This document shows positions 55,643-64,000 of a DNA stretch of 64,000 nt, piece after piece (position 1 is the first letter of the stretch; each line of letters starts with the position of its first letter). A program made the translations under genes and the position numbers. Location: the NCBI GenBank assembly GCA_002390705.1, contig DGQA01000038.1, positions 9,185 to 73,184 on the forward strand, in the 5' to 3' direction. This DNA comes from Actinobacteria bacterium UBA4426. Lineage in GTDB: Bacteria; Actinomycetota; Actinomycetes; S36-B12. Below the pieces are notes generated by a model that saw only the letters and a program-made list of their open reading frames with translations, had not been told where the DNA came from and ran no database searches.

Positions 55643-57742
55643 TTACTCGCCGCGATTTTTAGCGATGATTTCTTCGGCGACGGCCTTTGGGACCTGCGCG
55701 TAGGAATCGAATTGCATACTGTAGCTCGCACGTCCCTGAGTACGGCTACGTAGATCTCCTACATAGCCGAACATTTCAGACAGGGGCACAAGTGCTTTCA
55801 CAACTCGAGCACCGGAGCGCTCTTCCATTGCTTGCACCTGTCCACGGCGCGAGTTTAGGTCTCCAATGACGTCGCCCATGAAGTCTTCTGGAGTGGTGAC
55901 TTCAACGGACATCATCGGCTCAAGCAGTGCCGGGCCAGCTTGGCGGGCACCTTCTTTAAAGGCCATAGTTCCTGCGATCTTGAACGCCAGTTCAGAAGAA
56001 TCAACATCATGGAAGGCTCCGTCAAGAAGAGTGACTTTGACATCGACCATCGGGTAGCCGGCGAGCACTCCATGTTGCATCGATTCCTGTGCGCCAGCAT
56101 CAACCGAGGGGATGTACTCACGAGGGATTCGTCCACCGGTGACCTTGTTCTCGAATAGGTATCCGCCACCTTCTTCGGTATTTGGTCCCAATGAAATTTG
56201 AATCTTCGCGAACTGGCCAGATCCACCCGTTTGCTTCTTGTGGGTGTAATCGATGCGGTCAACTTTCTTAGTCAAAGTCTCGCGGTAAGCGACCTGCGGC
56301 TTACCCACATTGGCCTCGACCTTGAACTCGCGCTTCATGCGGTCGACCAGGACCTCAAGGTGAAGTTCGCCCATTCCTTCAATAATGGTTTGGCCGGTCT
56401 CTTCATTCGTTGACACGCGAAAAGTGGGGTCTTCTTCAGCGAGGCGCTGGATTGCCGTTCCTAATTTTTCCTGGTCGCTCTTCGTTTTTGGCTCAATCGC
56501 GACCGAAATGACTGGGTCGGGGAAGCTCATTGACTCAAGTACGACAGGTTTGCCCGGGTCGCACAGGGTTTCACCGGTTGTGGTGTCTTTTAGTCCCATA
56601 ACAGCGACAATGTCGCCAGCACCCACCGAGTCTATTTCTTCGCGCTTATTTGCGTGCATTCGGTAAATTTTCCCGATTCGCTCTTTGCGGCCCTTAATAC
56701 TGTTGAGCACTTGGGTACCGGTCTGCAAGCGGCCCGAGTACACCCGCACGTAAGTAAGTTTTCCCAAATGCGGGTCGGTCATAATTTTGAATGCTAGTGC
56801 GCTAAAAGGCTCATCGTCATTGGGCTGGCGCAGGATTTCCACGTCTTCGTCACCGACTTTGTGACCGTCGATCGCAGCGATGTCAAGTGGCGAAGGAAGA
56901 AACGAAATGACAGCGTCAAGCATCGGCTGTACGCCCTTGTTCTTGAAGGCCGATCCAGTCAATACTGGCGTGAGTTTGGCAGCCAGAGTTGCTCTGCGAA
57001 TACCCGCCTTGATGTCTTCAACCGAAATCTCAACGCCATCTAGGTACTTCTCCATGATTTCGTCGTCCGCTTCACCCAGAGTCTCGACCAGCTTCTCGCG
57101 GTATTCCTTGGCCTTGTCCACCATGTCTGCGGGAATTTCTTCGACTTCGTAGTCCTCGCCGATAACGGTCTCGCCTCGCCAGGTGAGGGCGCGCATTTCA
57201 ATGAGGTCAACAACACCAATAAAGTCCGACTCGTTGCCAATGGGCAACTGCAGGACCAGCGGGACCGCATTCAATCGGCTAACGATCATGTCTACACACA
57301 TGTAGAAGTCCGCCCCAGTGCGGTCGAGTTTGTTAATGAAACACATGCGGGGAACGCTGTAGCGGTCGGCTTGACGCCACACCGTCTCTGACTGTGGTTC
57401 TACACCAGCGACTCCGTCAAAAACTGTTACCGCGCCATCTAGCACCCGAAGTGAACGCTCAACTTCAACCGTAAAGTCAACGTGACCTGGCGTGTCGATG
57501 ATGTTGATCGTGTTGTCTTTCCACTCGCAAGTGGTGGCAGCGGAGGTAATCGTGATTCCGCGTTCTTGTTCTTGCTCCATCCAGTCCATGGTGGCTGCGC
57601 CTTCATGGACTTCACCGATTTTGTAGTTGATGCCAGTATAAAACAGGATGCGCTCAGTAGTCGTGGTTTTGCCCGCGTCGATATGCGCCATGATCCCAAT
57701 GTTGCGGACCTTGGCGAGGTCGAGGACTGTTCCTGTTGACAC
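55643..57742 (-). CDS. fusA: Elongation factor G
   Basis: 699 aa. [24 protein letters not shown]. Confidence 0.98.
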   Translation of the reverse strand: MSTGTVLDLAKVRNIGIMAHIDAGKTTTTERILFYTGINYKIGEVHEGAATMDWMEQEQERGITITSAATTCEWKDNTINIIDTPGHVDFTVEVERSLRVLDGAVTVFDGVAGVEPQSETVWRQADRYSVPRMCFINKLDRTGADFYMCVDMIVSRLNAVPLVLQLPIGNESDFIGVVDLIEMRALTWRGETVIGEDYEVEEIPADMVDKAKEYREKLVETLGEADDEIMEKYLDGVEISVEDIKAGIRRATLAAKLTPVLTGSAFKNKGVQPMLDAVISFLPSPLDIAAIDGHKVGDEDVEILRQPNDDEPFSALAFKIMTDPHLGKLTYVRVYSGRLQTGTQVLNSIKGRKERIGKIYRMHANKREEIDSVGAGDIVAVMGLKDTTTGETLCDPGKPVVLESMSFPDPVISVAIEPKTKSDQEKLGTAIQRLAEEDPTFRVSTNEETGQTIIEGMGELHLEVLVDRMKREFKVEANVGKPQVAYRETLTKKVDRIDYTHKKQTGGSGQFAKIQISLGPNTEEGGGYLFENKVTGGRIPREYIPSVDAGAQESMQHGVLAGYPMVDVKVTLLDGAFHDVDSSELAFKIAGTMAFKEGARQAGPALLEPMMSVEVTTPEDFMGDVIGDLNSRRGQVQAMEERSGARVVKALVPLSEMFGYVGDLRSRTQGRASYSMQFDSYAQVPKAVAEEIIAKNRGE

Positions 57743-57788
57743 GAGTTTCTCCGTTTTTCTCTATTGGTTTACGTTAATGTGTGAGGAA

Positions 57789-58259
57789 TTACCACCGGTA
57801 ATGAGCGAACGCCTTATTGGCTTCGGCCATTTTATGGATATCTTCCCGCTTCTTCACTGCCGCACCCAGACCATTTGACGCGTCCAAGATTTCGTTCATG
57901 AGGCGCTCGGTCATGGTTTTTTCGCGGCGTTTGCGCGAGTATCCCACGAGCCAACGCAGTGCCAAAGTTGTTGAGCGACCGGGCTTAACCTCAACGGGAA
58001 CCTGGTAGGTCGCGCCGCCAACCCGGCGGGAGCGAACTTCCAATGTGGGGCGAATATTTTCTAAGGCTCGCTTCAAAGTCTGTACTGGGTCGGTGCCGGA
58101 CTTCTCCAGACACCCTTCAAGCGCGCCATACACAGCGCGCTCTGCCACGGAACGCTTGCCGTCGAGAAGAACCTTGTTGATCAGTTGGGTAACAATCGGT
58201 ACCCCATACACTGGATCGATAACGATTGGTCGCTTTGCTGCTGGACCCTTACGAGGCAT
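57789..58259 (-). CDS. rpsG: 30S ribosomal protein S7
   Basis: 156 aa. [11 protein letters not shown]...C-terminal AFAHYRW is canonical S7. Confidence 0.98.
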   Translation of the reverse strand: MPRKGPAAKRPIVIDPVYGVPIVTQLINKVLLDGKRSVAERAVYGALEGCLEKSGTDPVQTLKRALENIRPTLEVRSRRVGGATYQVPVEVKPGRSTTLALRWLVGYSRKRREKTMTERLMNEILDASNGLGAAVKKREDIHKMAEANKAFAHYRW

Positions 58260-58633
58260 TAGGCCTTCTCCTTCTTTGCGCCGTAGCGGGACCGTGCCTG
58301 CTTGCGGTTCTTAACGCCTTGAGCGTCAAGTGCGCCGCGGATGACTTTGTAACGAACGCCGGGAAGATCGCGGACACGCCCACCACGCACCAGCACAATT
58401 GAATGCTCCTGCAGATTGTGGCCAACCCCAGGGATGTAGGCGGTGACTTCCACCTGGGAGGTCAACCGCACCCGGGCCACCTTGCGAAGCGCTGAGTTCG
58501 GCTTCTTGGGGGTGGTTGTGTATACACGTGTGCACACCCCGCGCCGCTGTGGACTGCCTTTAAGGGCTGGGGCATTCTTCTTGGAGACCTTGTCCTGCCG
58601 ACCCTTTCGGACCAGCTGCTGGATCGTAGGCAC
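58259..58633 (-). CDS. rpsL: 30S ribosomal protein S12
   Basis: 124 aa. [12 protein letters not shown]...[10 protein letters not shown] is canonical S12. Confidence 0.98.
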   Translation of the reverse strand: MPTIQQLVRKGRQDKVSKKNAPALKGSPQRRGVCTRVYTTTPKKPNSALRKVARVRLTSQVEVTAYIPGVGHNLQEHSIVLVRGGRVRDLPGVRYKVIRGALDAQGVKNRKQARSRYGAKKEKA

Positions 58634-58875
58634 GTTGCGCCTCTCCTGACTTCTCGTTCGTTTTCGGTTAACCGGAACGACCCACGCGCTCGGGCGTGTC
58701 GAGCGCCTTGCGACACTCCACTACGCTTACACTCGTAAGATTCTCCGGTGGTATTACCACCTCGCGCAGCACGAGTTACCTGCCGCACGCGAGATTGCGC
58801 CTGAGGGGGTCAGGCACGATTGGGAAGACTACCTTCCCTTACTTGACCCCATTCACCGGGGTCCCCCTAAGGTCT

Positions 58876-59256
58876 CTAACTCCCCCACACCCCAAGAATC
58901 ATGATGGCAAATAGGGCCAGAATTCCCAAGATCACCAAGGCAGCATACAGACCAATATTGACCCAGGAAACTATTTTTGATGCGGTAACCAGCGGCCCCC
59001 CGCCAATGGAACCGTTACTGGCGGCGATTTCCTTCTCTGCCTTATTGGCGAAAACTAACGACACAATAGCTAGCACAATCGGGAAGATCACCCAGGAAGC
59101 TATCGACAGCACCAGGGCCGCGATCGAATTGCCGGAGGCGCTAGGGGCTGTCGGCAAACCCAGCGCCGGTTGAGGGGGTGTTTCTTTCCCGCTTGACTCT
59201 GCGGGAGCACTTACCTGGGCCGGGCTTATCTCTGGTTCTGACGTTTCGCTACTCAT
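58876..59256 (-). CDS. DUF4190-like small membrane protein with Pro/Ser/Ala-rich N-terminus
   Basis: 126 aa. Disordered N-terminal ~40 aa, then two long hydrophobic helices separated by KAEKEIAASNGSIGGG, a layout typical of DUF4190 proteins. Confidence 0.5.
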   Translation of the reverse strand: MSSETSEPEISPAQVSAPAESSGKETPPQPALGLPTAPSASGNSIAALVLSIASWVIFPIVLAIVSLVFANKAEKEIAASNGSIGGGPLVTASKIVSWVNIGLYAALVILGILALFAIMILGVWGS

Positions 59257-59406
59257 AGTCGTAATCTACCCTTGACGTAATCTAACCTTAATCGGGACAG
59301 TCCTGCACCCATAGTGTTTACGTGAATTCGAGTGCCCATCTTGCCCCGGTAAACGCGGTGAACCCCGATTTGTGCGCCCGAGAGTCGATCTCCCTGGGAG
59401 TAATTC

Positions 59407-59449
59407 GAAAAATATGAAGGGGAGCCGGTTTCCCTGCTCCCCTTCATAT
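59407..59449 (-). terminator. Intrinsic terminator downstream of rpoC
   Basis: Perfect 14-bp stem (atatgaaggggagc / gctccccttcatat), 10-nt loop. On the minus strand it is followed by TTTT. Lies 19 nt after the rpoC stop. Confidence 0.75.
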
Positions 59450-59467
59450 GTATGTGGCGCTTGTGGC

Positions 59468-62400
59468 TCAGAAGCCGCGGAACTGGAACTCTTCCAACGG
59501 AACAGCTTCACCCGATGTTTGACCAAAGGATGCGTATTCCATGTCGTCGTATCCGGTAAAGGATGCGTACATGGCAGCCTTCGCTTCCTCCGTTGGCTCC
59601 ACCCTAATGTTGTGGTAGATCGGCATTCCGGTTCCAGCCGGAATCAGCTTGCCCAAGATGACGTTCTCCTTTAAGCCGAGCAGTGGATCACTCTTCGCGG
59701 AGATCGCTGCGTCAGTGAGGACACGGGTGGTCTCTTGGAAAGAAGCGGCCGATAGCCAGGATTCGGTTGCGAGCGAGGCCTTGGTGATACCCATTAGTTC
59801 GGGGCGACCCGATGCTGGTGTTCCACCGTTTTTGACAACTCGGCGGTTCTCAACTTCAAAGACCCCACGGGCAACAAGTTCACCAGCGAGGAAGTTTGAA
59901 TCGCCCGATTCAATAATCGTGATGCGCTTGAGCATCTGGCGAACAATTACCTCGATGTGCTTGTCATGGATCGACACACCTTGTGAGCGATAGACCTCTT
60001 GTACTTGTTCAACAAGATGCAATTGGACCGCACGCTGGCCCAGAATACGAAGTACCTGTTTCGGATCAACCGCACCAATCACGAGTTGTTGTCCCACAAT
60101 CACACTGTCGCCTTCTTCAACCAGCATCCTCGAACGACGTGGAACCGAGTATTCAATTTCTTCGGTGCCGTCGTCAGGGGTGATGACTATTTTACGAAGT
60201 TTCTCAGCGTCTTCAATGCCAACCCGTCCGGCTACTTCGCTGATCGGAGCGACGCCCTTGGGTGTTCGCGCTTCGAAGAGTTCCACGACACGTGGCAAAC
60301 CGTGTGTGATGTCTTCACCTGCAACACCACCTGTATGGAACGTGCGCATTGTGAGCTGAGTACCGGGTTCACCAATGGACTGGGCAGCGACGATGCCGAC
60401 AGCTTCACCGACGTCGACCAATTTACCCGTCGCCATTGAACGCCCGTAGCACCGTGCACAAGTCCCCACAGCACTCTCGCAAGTGAGAACGGTGCGAACA
60501 CGGACCTTGTCTGCTCCGTCAGCAATCATCTTCTCGAGTCGCGGGATGTCGAGTTCTTCACCTGCGGTAGCAACCGTTTTGCCATCAACTTCAACATCAC
60601 GGGCGAGTACTCGTGAGACCAGTGCCGTATCAAGATTCTCAAGTGGGCGCAGAGTTCCGTCGACCATTTCAGCAATCTCTATTTCAGCACCGCGCTCGGT
60701 CTCGCAGTCAACCTCGCGAACGATTACGTCTTGAGAGACATCGACCAACCGGCGGGTGAGGTAACCCGAATCAGCGGTGCGGAGTGCCGTATCTGCAAGA
60801 CCCTTTCGAGCACCGTGAGTGGAGATGAAGTACTCGAGTACCGTCAAACCTTCACGGAAATTGGCCTTAATTGGACGAGGAATGATCTCGCCCTTTGGGT
60901 TAGCTACGAGACCGCGCATACCTGCGATCTGACGAACCTGCATGTAGTTACCGCGGGCTCCTGAGTCGACCATAATATGGACGGGGTTCGACTCTGGGAA
61001 GTTCTCCTGCATTGCCTTGGCAACTTCATCGGTTGCGCGGGTCCAGATCTCAATGAGTTCCTGCCGACGCTCGGAGTCAGTGATCAGACCCTTCTCGTAT
61101 TGCTGTTGGACCTTTGCATCCTTTTCTTCAGCATTTGCGATCAAACCGGCCTTGGCCGACGGGGCGACCACATCGGAAATCGAGATGGTGACGCCGGAAC
61201 GCGACGCCCAGTGGAAACCGAGTGACTTGAGTTGGTCGAGAGTTTCAGCAACCTCGATCTTGGGGTACATCTCACTCAAACGGTTAACTGTCGAGCCGAG
61301 AACCTTCTTATCAACCTTCTCGTTGACAAATGGGTAGTCAGATGGCAGTGCTTCATTGAACAATACGCGGCCAAGGGTGGATACAAGCGTGAGTGGATCG
61401 CCGAAAGTCCAACCTTGTGGCACTTCATGTCCCAGCGGCGGTGTGGTGTCTGCCAAACGGAATCGAGCTTTCTGGCCGAGCAGAAGTGATCCTCGGTCAA
61501 GAGCCATCACTGCTTCAGCGATCGAAGAGTAAGCGGGCAACTCGTTGTCCGGCACGTCTTTACTGGCCGACGTCATGGTCGTGAGTGTGTAGATACCCAA
61601 CACCATGTCTTGTGTTGGCGTTGTGATCGGACGACCATTAGCAGGTGAAAGGATATTATTACTCGAAAGCATAAGGATGCGCGCTTCTGCTTGTGCTTCA
61701 GTTGATAACGGTACGTGCACTGCCATCTGGTCACCGTCGAAGTCTGCATTGAATGCAGTACACACGAGTGGGTGAATCTGAATTGCCTTACCTTCAATGA
61801 GTTGGGGTTCGAAAGCTTGAATACCCAAACGGTGCAGGGTTGGTGCGCGGTTCAGTAACACTGGATGTTCGTTGATGACCTCTTCTAACACATCCCACAC
61901 CACTGCACGAGAACGCTCCACCATGCGCTTTGCACTCTTAATGTTTTGTGCATGGTTGAGGTCTACTAGACGCTTCATGACAAAGGGCTTAAACAATTCG
62001 AGTGCCATCTGCTTAGGCAGACCACACTGGTGCAACTTGAGTTGTGGTCCCACCACAATCACTGAGCGTCCTGAGTAGTCGACACGCTTACCCAGAAGGT
62101 TCTGGCGGAAGCGACCCTGCTTGCCCTTGAGCATGTCAGAGAGTGATTTCAATGCCCGATTACCTGGTCCAGTAACTGGGCGGCCACGGCGACCGTTGTC
62201 AAAGAGCGCGTCAACTGCTTCTTGCAGCATTCGCTTTTCGTTATTAACAATAATTTCCGGTGCACCGAGGTCAAGTAAACGCTTGAGGCGGTTATTGCGG
62301 TTGATCACGCGACGATACAGATCATTGAGATCAGAGGTGGCAAAGCGCCCGCCATCGAGTTGAACCATGGGGCGTAGATCCGGTGGGATAACCGGAACCG

Positions 62401-63346
62401 CATTTAAGACCATGCCCATTGGCGAGTTCGTAGTGCTCATGAACGCGTTCACCAATTTCAGTCGCTTTAGGGCCCGGGTCTTTTTTTGGCCCTTGCCGGT
62501 TGCGATTACTTCACGCAGGTACTCCGACTCGGCTGCAAGGTCAAATGACTCGAGGCGCTTTTCAATTGCTGCAGCACCCATGCCACCATCAAACCAACGA
62601 CCATAACGATCGCGCATCTCACGAAAGAGCATCTCGTCACCTTCAAGGTCTTGGATCTTGAGGGTGCGGAAACGATCAAAGACCTTGTCTAGACGATCGA
62701 TTTGGACGTCCGCACGTCGGCGTAGGGCAGCAAGCTCACGCTCACCCGATTCACGAACCTTACGGCGAACTTCGCTTTTAGCGCCTTCAGCTTCAAGTTC
62801 AGCTATGTCGGCTTCCATCTTCTGAGCGCGGGTTTCAAGGTCGGCGTCGCGACGCTTTGAAATCTGTTTCTTCTCCACGCTGAGTTGGTTCTCAAGGGAA
62901 GGCAGCGCCTCATGGCGGCCGTCTTCGTCGACCCATGTGATCATGTAAGCAGCGAAATAGATGACCTTTTCTAGATCCTTTGGTGCCAAGTCAAGTAGGT
63001 AACCCAAACGGCTAGGGACACCCTTGAAGTACCAAATGTGGGTTACTGGCGCAGCAAGCTCGATGTGTCCCATGCGCTCACGACGAACCTTCGCGCGAGT
63101 TACCTCAACGCCGCAACGCTCACAGATAATTCCCTTGAAGCGAACCCGCTTGTACTTACCGCAGTAACACTCCCAGTCGCGAGTAGGTCCGAAGATCTTT
63201 TCGCAGAACAAGCCATCTTTCTCTGGCTTGAGTGTGCGGTAGTTAATGGTTTCGGGCTTCTTGACTTCACCGTATGACCAGGTACGAATGTCGTCTGCTG
63301 TTGCAAGACCGATTCGCAACTCGTCAAAGAAGTTAACATCTAGCAC
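59468..63346 (-). CDS. rpoC: DNA-directed RNA polymerase subunit beta'
   Basis: 1292 aa. Zinc finger [20 protein letters not shown] and catalytic NADFDGDQM. Confidence 0.99.
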   Translation of the reverse strand: MLDVNFFDELRIGLATADDIRTWSYGEVKKPETINYRTLKPEKDGLFCEKIFGPTRDWECYCGKYKRVRFKGIICERCGVEVTRAKVRRERMGHIELAAPVTHIWYFKGVPSRLGYLLDLAPKDLEKVIYFAAYMITWVDEDGRHEALPSLENQLSVEKKQISKRRDADLETRAQKMEADIAELEAEGAKSEVRRKVRESGERELAALRRRADVQIDRLDKVFDRFRTLKIQDLEGDEMLFREMRDRYGRWFDGGMGAAAIEKRLESFDLAAESEYLREVIATGKGQKKTRALKRLKLVNAFMSTTNSPMGMVLNAVPVIPPDLRPMVQLDGGRFATSDLNDLYRRVINRNNRLKRLLDLGAPEIIVNNEKRMLQEAVDALFDNGRRGRPVTGPGNRALKSLSDMLKGKQGRFRQNLLGKRVDYSGRSVIVVGPQLKLHQCGLPKQMALELFKPFVMKRLVDLNHAQNIKSAKRMVERSRAVVWDVLEEVINEHPVLLNRAPTLHRLGIQAFEPQLIEGKAIQIHPLVCTAFNADFDGDQMAVHVPLSTEAQAEARILMLSSNNILSPANGRPITTPTQDMVLGIYTLTTMTSASKDVPDNELPAYSSIAEAVMALDRGSLLLGQKARFRLADTTPPLGHEVPQGWTFGDPLTLVSTLGRVLFNEALPSDYPFVNEKVDKKVLGSTVNRLSEMYPKIEVAETLDQLKSLGFHWASRSGVTISISDVVAPSAKAGLIANAEEKDAKVQQQYEKGLITDSERRQELIEIWTRATDEVAKAMQENFPESNPVHIMVDSGARGNYMQVRQIAGMRGLVANPKGEIIPRPIKANFREGLTVLEYFISTHGARKGLADTALRTADSGYLTRRLVDVSQDVIVREVDCETERGAEIEIAEMVDGTLRPLENLDTALVSRVLARDVEVDGKTVATAGEELDIPRLEKMIADGADKVRVRTVLTCESAVGTCARCYGRSMATGKLVDVGEAVGIVAAQSIGEPGTQLTMRTFHTGGVAGEDITHGLPRVVELFEARTPKGVAPISEVAGRVGIEDAEKLRKIVITPDDGTEEIEYSVPRRSRMLVEEGDSVIVGQQLVIGAVDPKQVLRILGQRAVQLHLVEQVQEVYRSQGVSIHDKHIEVIVRQMLKRITIIESGDSNFLAGELVARGVFEVENRRVVKNGGTPASGRPELMGITKASLATESWLSAASFQETTRVLTDAAISAKSDPLLGLKENVILGKLIPAGTGMPIYHNIRVEPTEEAKAAMYASFTGYDDMEYASFGQTSGEAVPLEEFQFRGF

Positions 63347-63391
63347 GTATGTGTCCTTCGTTCGTTTCGAATAATTCGGGTGAGAGAGTGA

Positions 63392-64000
63392 TTACAGTTC
63401 GTCAACGCTGCTGGGCTCACGCCGTGACAGGTCAATTCCGAGTTCTTCGGCAGCACGGAATACGTCGTCATCGCTATCCTTCATTTCGATGGCCACACCG
63501 TCCTTGGAAAGAACTTCAACGTTGAGGCACAAGGATTGCATTTCCTTGACCAACACCTTGAAGGATTCCGGGATACCGGGTTCAGGGATGTTTTCACCCT
63601 TAACAATTGCTTCGTAGACCTTAACTCGACCGAGGACGTCATCTGACTTGATAGTCAGAAGCTCCTGCAGTGCGTAAGCCGCGCCATAGGCCTCTAACGC
63701 CCAGACTTCCATTTCGCCAAATCTTTGCCCCCCAAACTGGGCCTTGCCACCCAGCGGCTGCTGGGTAATCATGCTGTAGGGACCGGTTGAGCGTGCGTGA
63801 ATCTTGTCGTCGACCAAGTGCAGGAGTTTGAGAATGTAAATGTAACCCACTGCAATCTGACCTGGGATTGGCTCACCGGTTCGACCGTGAAACAGGTCTG
63901 CCTTGCCATTGGGGTTTACCAGCTTCAGGCCGTCTTTTGTCGGGGTCGTTGAATCCAGAACCAAGCTCAGTTCCTCTTCACGTGCACCGTCGAATACGGG
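63392..64000 (-). CDS. rpoB: DNA-directed RNA polymerase subunit beta, C-terminal ~200 codons (5' end outside the window)
   Basis: The frame stays open to nt 64000 ([24 protein letters not shown]...). [26 protein letters not shown] is the universal RpoB C-terminal motif. The M at 63964 in the ORF track is internal. Confidence 0.97.
   Translation of the reverse strand, partial: PVFDGAREEELSLVLDSTTPTKDGLKLVNPNGKADLFHGRTGEPIPGQIAVGYIYILKLLHLVDDKIHARSTGPYSMITQQPLGGKAQFGGQRFGEMEVWALEAYGAAYALQELLTIKSDDVLGRVKVYEAIVKGENIPEPGIPESFKVLVKEMQSLCLNVEVLSKDGVAIEMKDSDDDVFRAAEELGIDLSRREPSSVDEL

Overview
This window is an actinobacterial chromosomal core region. Supporting signs are a WhiB-family gene, a GuaB3 paralogue and a GroEL with a His-rich tail. 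The gene order guaB-guaB3 / whiB / groEL-groES / tsaD-rimI-tsaB-tsaE / alr parallels, as far as I recall, the M. tuberculosis Rv3410c-Rv3423c neighbourhood. From about 31 kb to the end almost everything is on the minus strand and is housekeeping: glmS, glmM, rpsI-rplM, truA-rplQ-rpoA-rpsD-rpsK-rpsM-rpmJ-infA, map-adk-secY, the spc and S10 ribosomal operons, tuf-fusA-rpsG-rpsL, rpoC and the 3' end of rpoB. The first 17 kb are more variable. They hold a partial malic enzyme, pcrA, a secreted LAS-type peptidase with C-terminal repeats, a PIG-L deacetylase and guaA. They also hold an accessory-looking block: AraC regulator, SDR, an AT-rich flavin monooxygenase, a form-II CoxS/L/M-type molybdenum hydroxylase and an aldehyde dehydrogenase. 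I found no tRNA, rRNA, CRISPR array, IS element, integrase, toxin-antitoxin pair or recognisable defence gene, and I see no convincing novel multi-gene system. The most interesting items are: (i) a MerR regulator with a CarH/LitR-type Wx9EH plus His B12-photoreceptor signature, divergent from the whiB gene; (ii) truA, whose conserved N-terminus lies upstream of any canonical start codon and in frame with the rplQ stop; (iii) the monooxygenase / form-II Cox cluster; (iv) the repeat-bearing peptidase; (v) a perfect 30-bp tandem repeat encoding a basic tail on L22. Several ORF-track starts are over-extended, and corrected starts are given where the sequence supports them.
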